This document shows, one piece after another, positions 62,933 through 64,000 of a stretch of 64,000 nt of DNA (positions are counted from its first letter, which is position 1; the number at the start of each line of letters is the position of its first letter). The notes beneath the pieces are model-generated. The model was not told the DNA's origin and did no database searches. It was given only the letters and a program-made list of their open reading frames with translations. Position numbers and translations under genes: made by a program. The stretch lies in the NCBI RefSeq assembly GCF_009834535.1, contig NC_045697.1:19718001-19782000 (forward strand). The letters run 5' to 3'. This stretch comes from Camelus ferus. Lineage: Eukaryota.

Positions 62933-64000
62933 TTATTGTTATGGTGTCTGAATTTGTATTTAAAATCAGGTTCTAACCATAAACTTCCCAAACAAAAAAT
63001 GATTTCAGTTAATAACCAAAGAATATTCTACCTTTAACATCTGAAGATATTGAAACATTTCAAGGTTGTGTGCATTTTTCAAGGATCTAAAAGTTTACGG
63101 ATGATCAGATTGGACTGGAACAGGGGTCTTCCTGCTCCCAGCTCAGTCCTTTACCCAATGTCCTCTTCATTATGTAAATAGCAGACTCTGCTTCTCATCC
63201 ATGTGTTGAATGAATGTATCATCTGAACAGTGCTTTAAGGGACTAAACTGAGAATAGAATGACCTTGAATGTTTTACATCTTGAGAGCACACTGTCACCT
63301 TTCCTTAAAGTGACGTTGACATAAATGTCCTCGAATAAATTTATGTCCTCATCTCTACTGACTCATTAGGCAGAATCAAGTTTGCCCATCAGTTGAAACA
63401 GAATTGGAGGAGAGTGGCCTTGTCAAGTTGACATATAGAAATAACCATCACAGGTGGTGAGGGAGAAAAAGCATTTTCAAAGGTGCCAAATTCAGAGTTG
63501 GTTAAGATAAACAAACAAAACAAACCAGCAAGACTAACTGTGGCAAATATTCTTTCTGTCAGTAGCAGGTCTTCATGTTTTGTTTCCTCATCTCATGCTC
63601 AATCTAGTCCCCTTAATATTTTATTTGTGGAGACTTTTACAATTGAAGAAAAATATTTCATTTGTCATGTCTATTAAATTTTTATTTAGTTTTCCAACAT
63701 AAAATGTGGTTACTTTAAATTTTTCAGCTTCTAAAACATTAATATTTATTGAACGAAAGTTGAATAAATCCAAAATAATTCATGGAGCTTAAAAAGTACA
63801 AATCCTAAGACATTCCCCTCTCATGTATCACACCAAAATCCCCACATTTCCTGAGATTTTGCCAAATTCAGTTACACAAATAGAAGAAACAAATAAAACT
63901 CACAAACAAGCAAAACCTCCCTAGTTAGGTAATTGTGACTAAAGCAACTATTACAGTGAATTCACAGATTTGTGAATTTCTAATAGTCTCTGAATATAAA

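Noticed and set aside
1..64000. CRISPR array, prokaryotic operon, numt or processed pseudogene
   Set aside because: No regularly spaced repeats, gene-dense ORFs, mitochondrial-like or mRNA-like sequence were recognised; the content is typical mammalian repeat-rich DNA.

Overview
AT-rich, repeat-dense mammalian non-coding DNA (intergenic or deep intronic). It is most likely from a camelid, because it carries two tRNA-Ala-like Vic-1-type SINEs and young cetartiodactyl-type L1s. No host protein-coding exon, true tRNA, rRNA or CRISPR array can be supported. The only recognisable ORFs are L1 ORF2 fragments. The window is a layered record of transposable elements: L1 of several ages, L2, CR1/L3, MIR, MaLR and ERV-L LTR elements (including two LTR-internal-LTR proviral remnants), and hAT/Tigger DNA-transposon fossils. 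Three structures stand out. (1) A 357-bp 'mini-L1' at 58841-59197 joins the L1 5' terminus directly to the 3' UTR tail inside one target-site duplication. The join falls at an AG that, in another L1 copy here, lies 18 nt downstream of a perfect TACTAAC branch point, so it is probably a spliced L1 retrocopy and possibly a non-autonomous family. (2) A Vic-1 SINE and an L1 3' end at 38568-39091 are enclosed by a single 12-bp TSD. (3) A degenerate ERV-L provirus has recognisable protease, RT N-terminal and dUTPase remnants. All repeat family names come from recollection of consensus sequences, not from a database search, and boundaries of old repeats are approximate. I cannot establish a new biological system from sequence alone; the mini-L1 is the best candidate.
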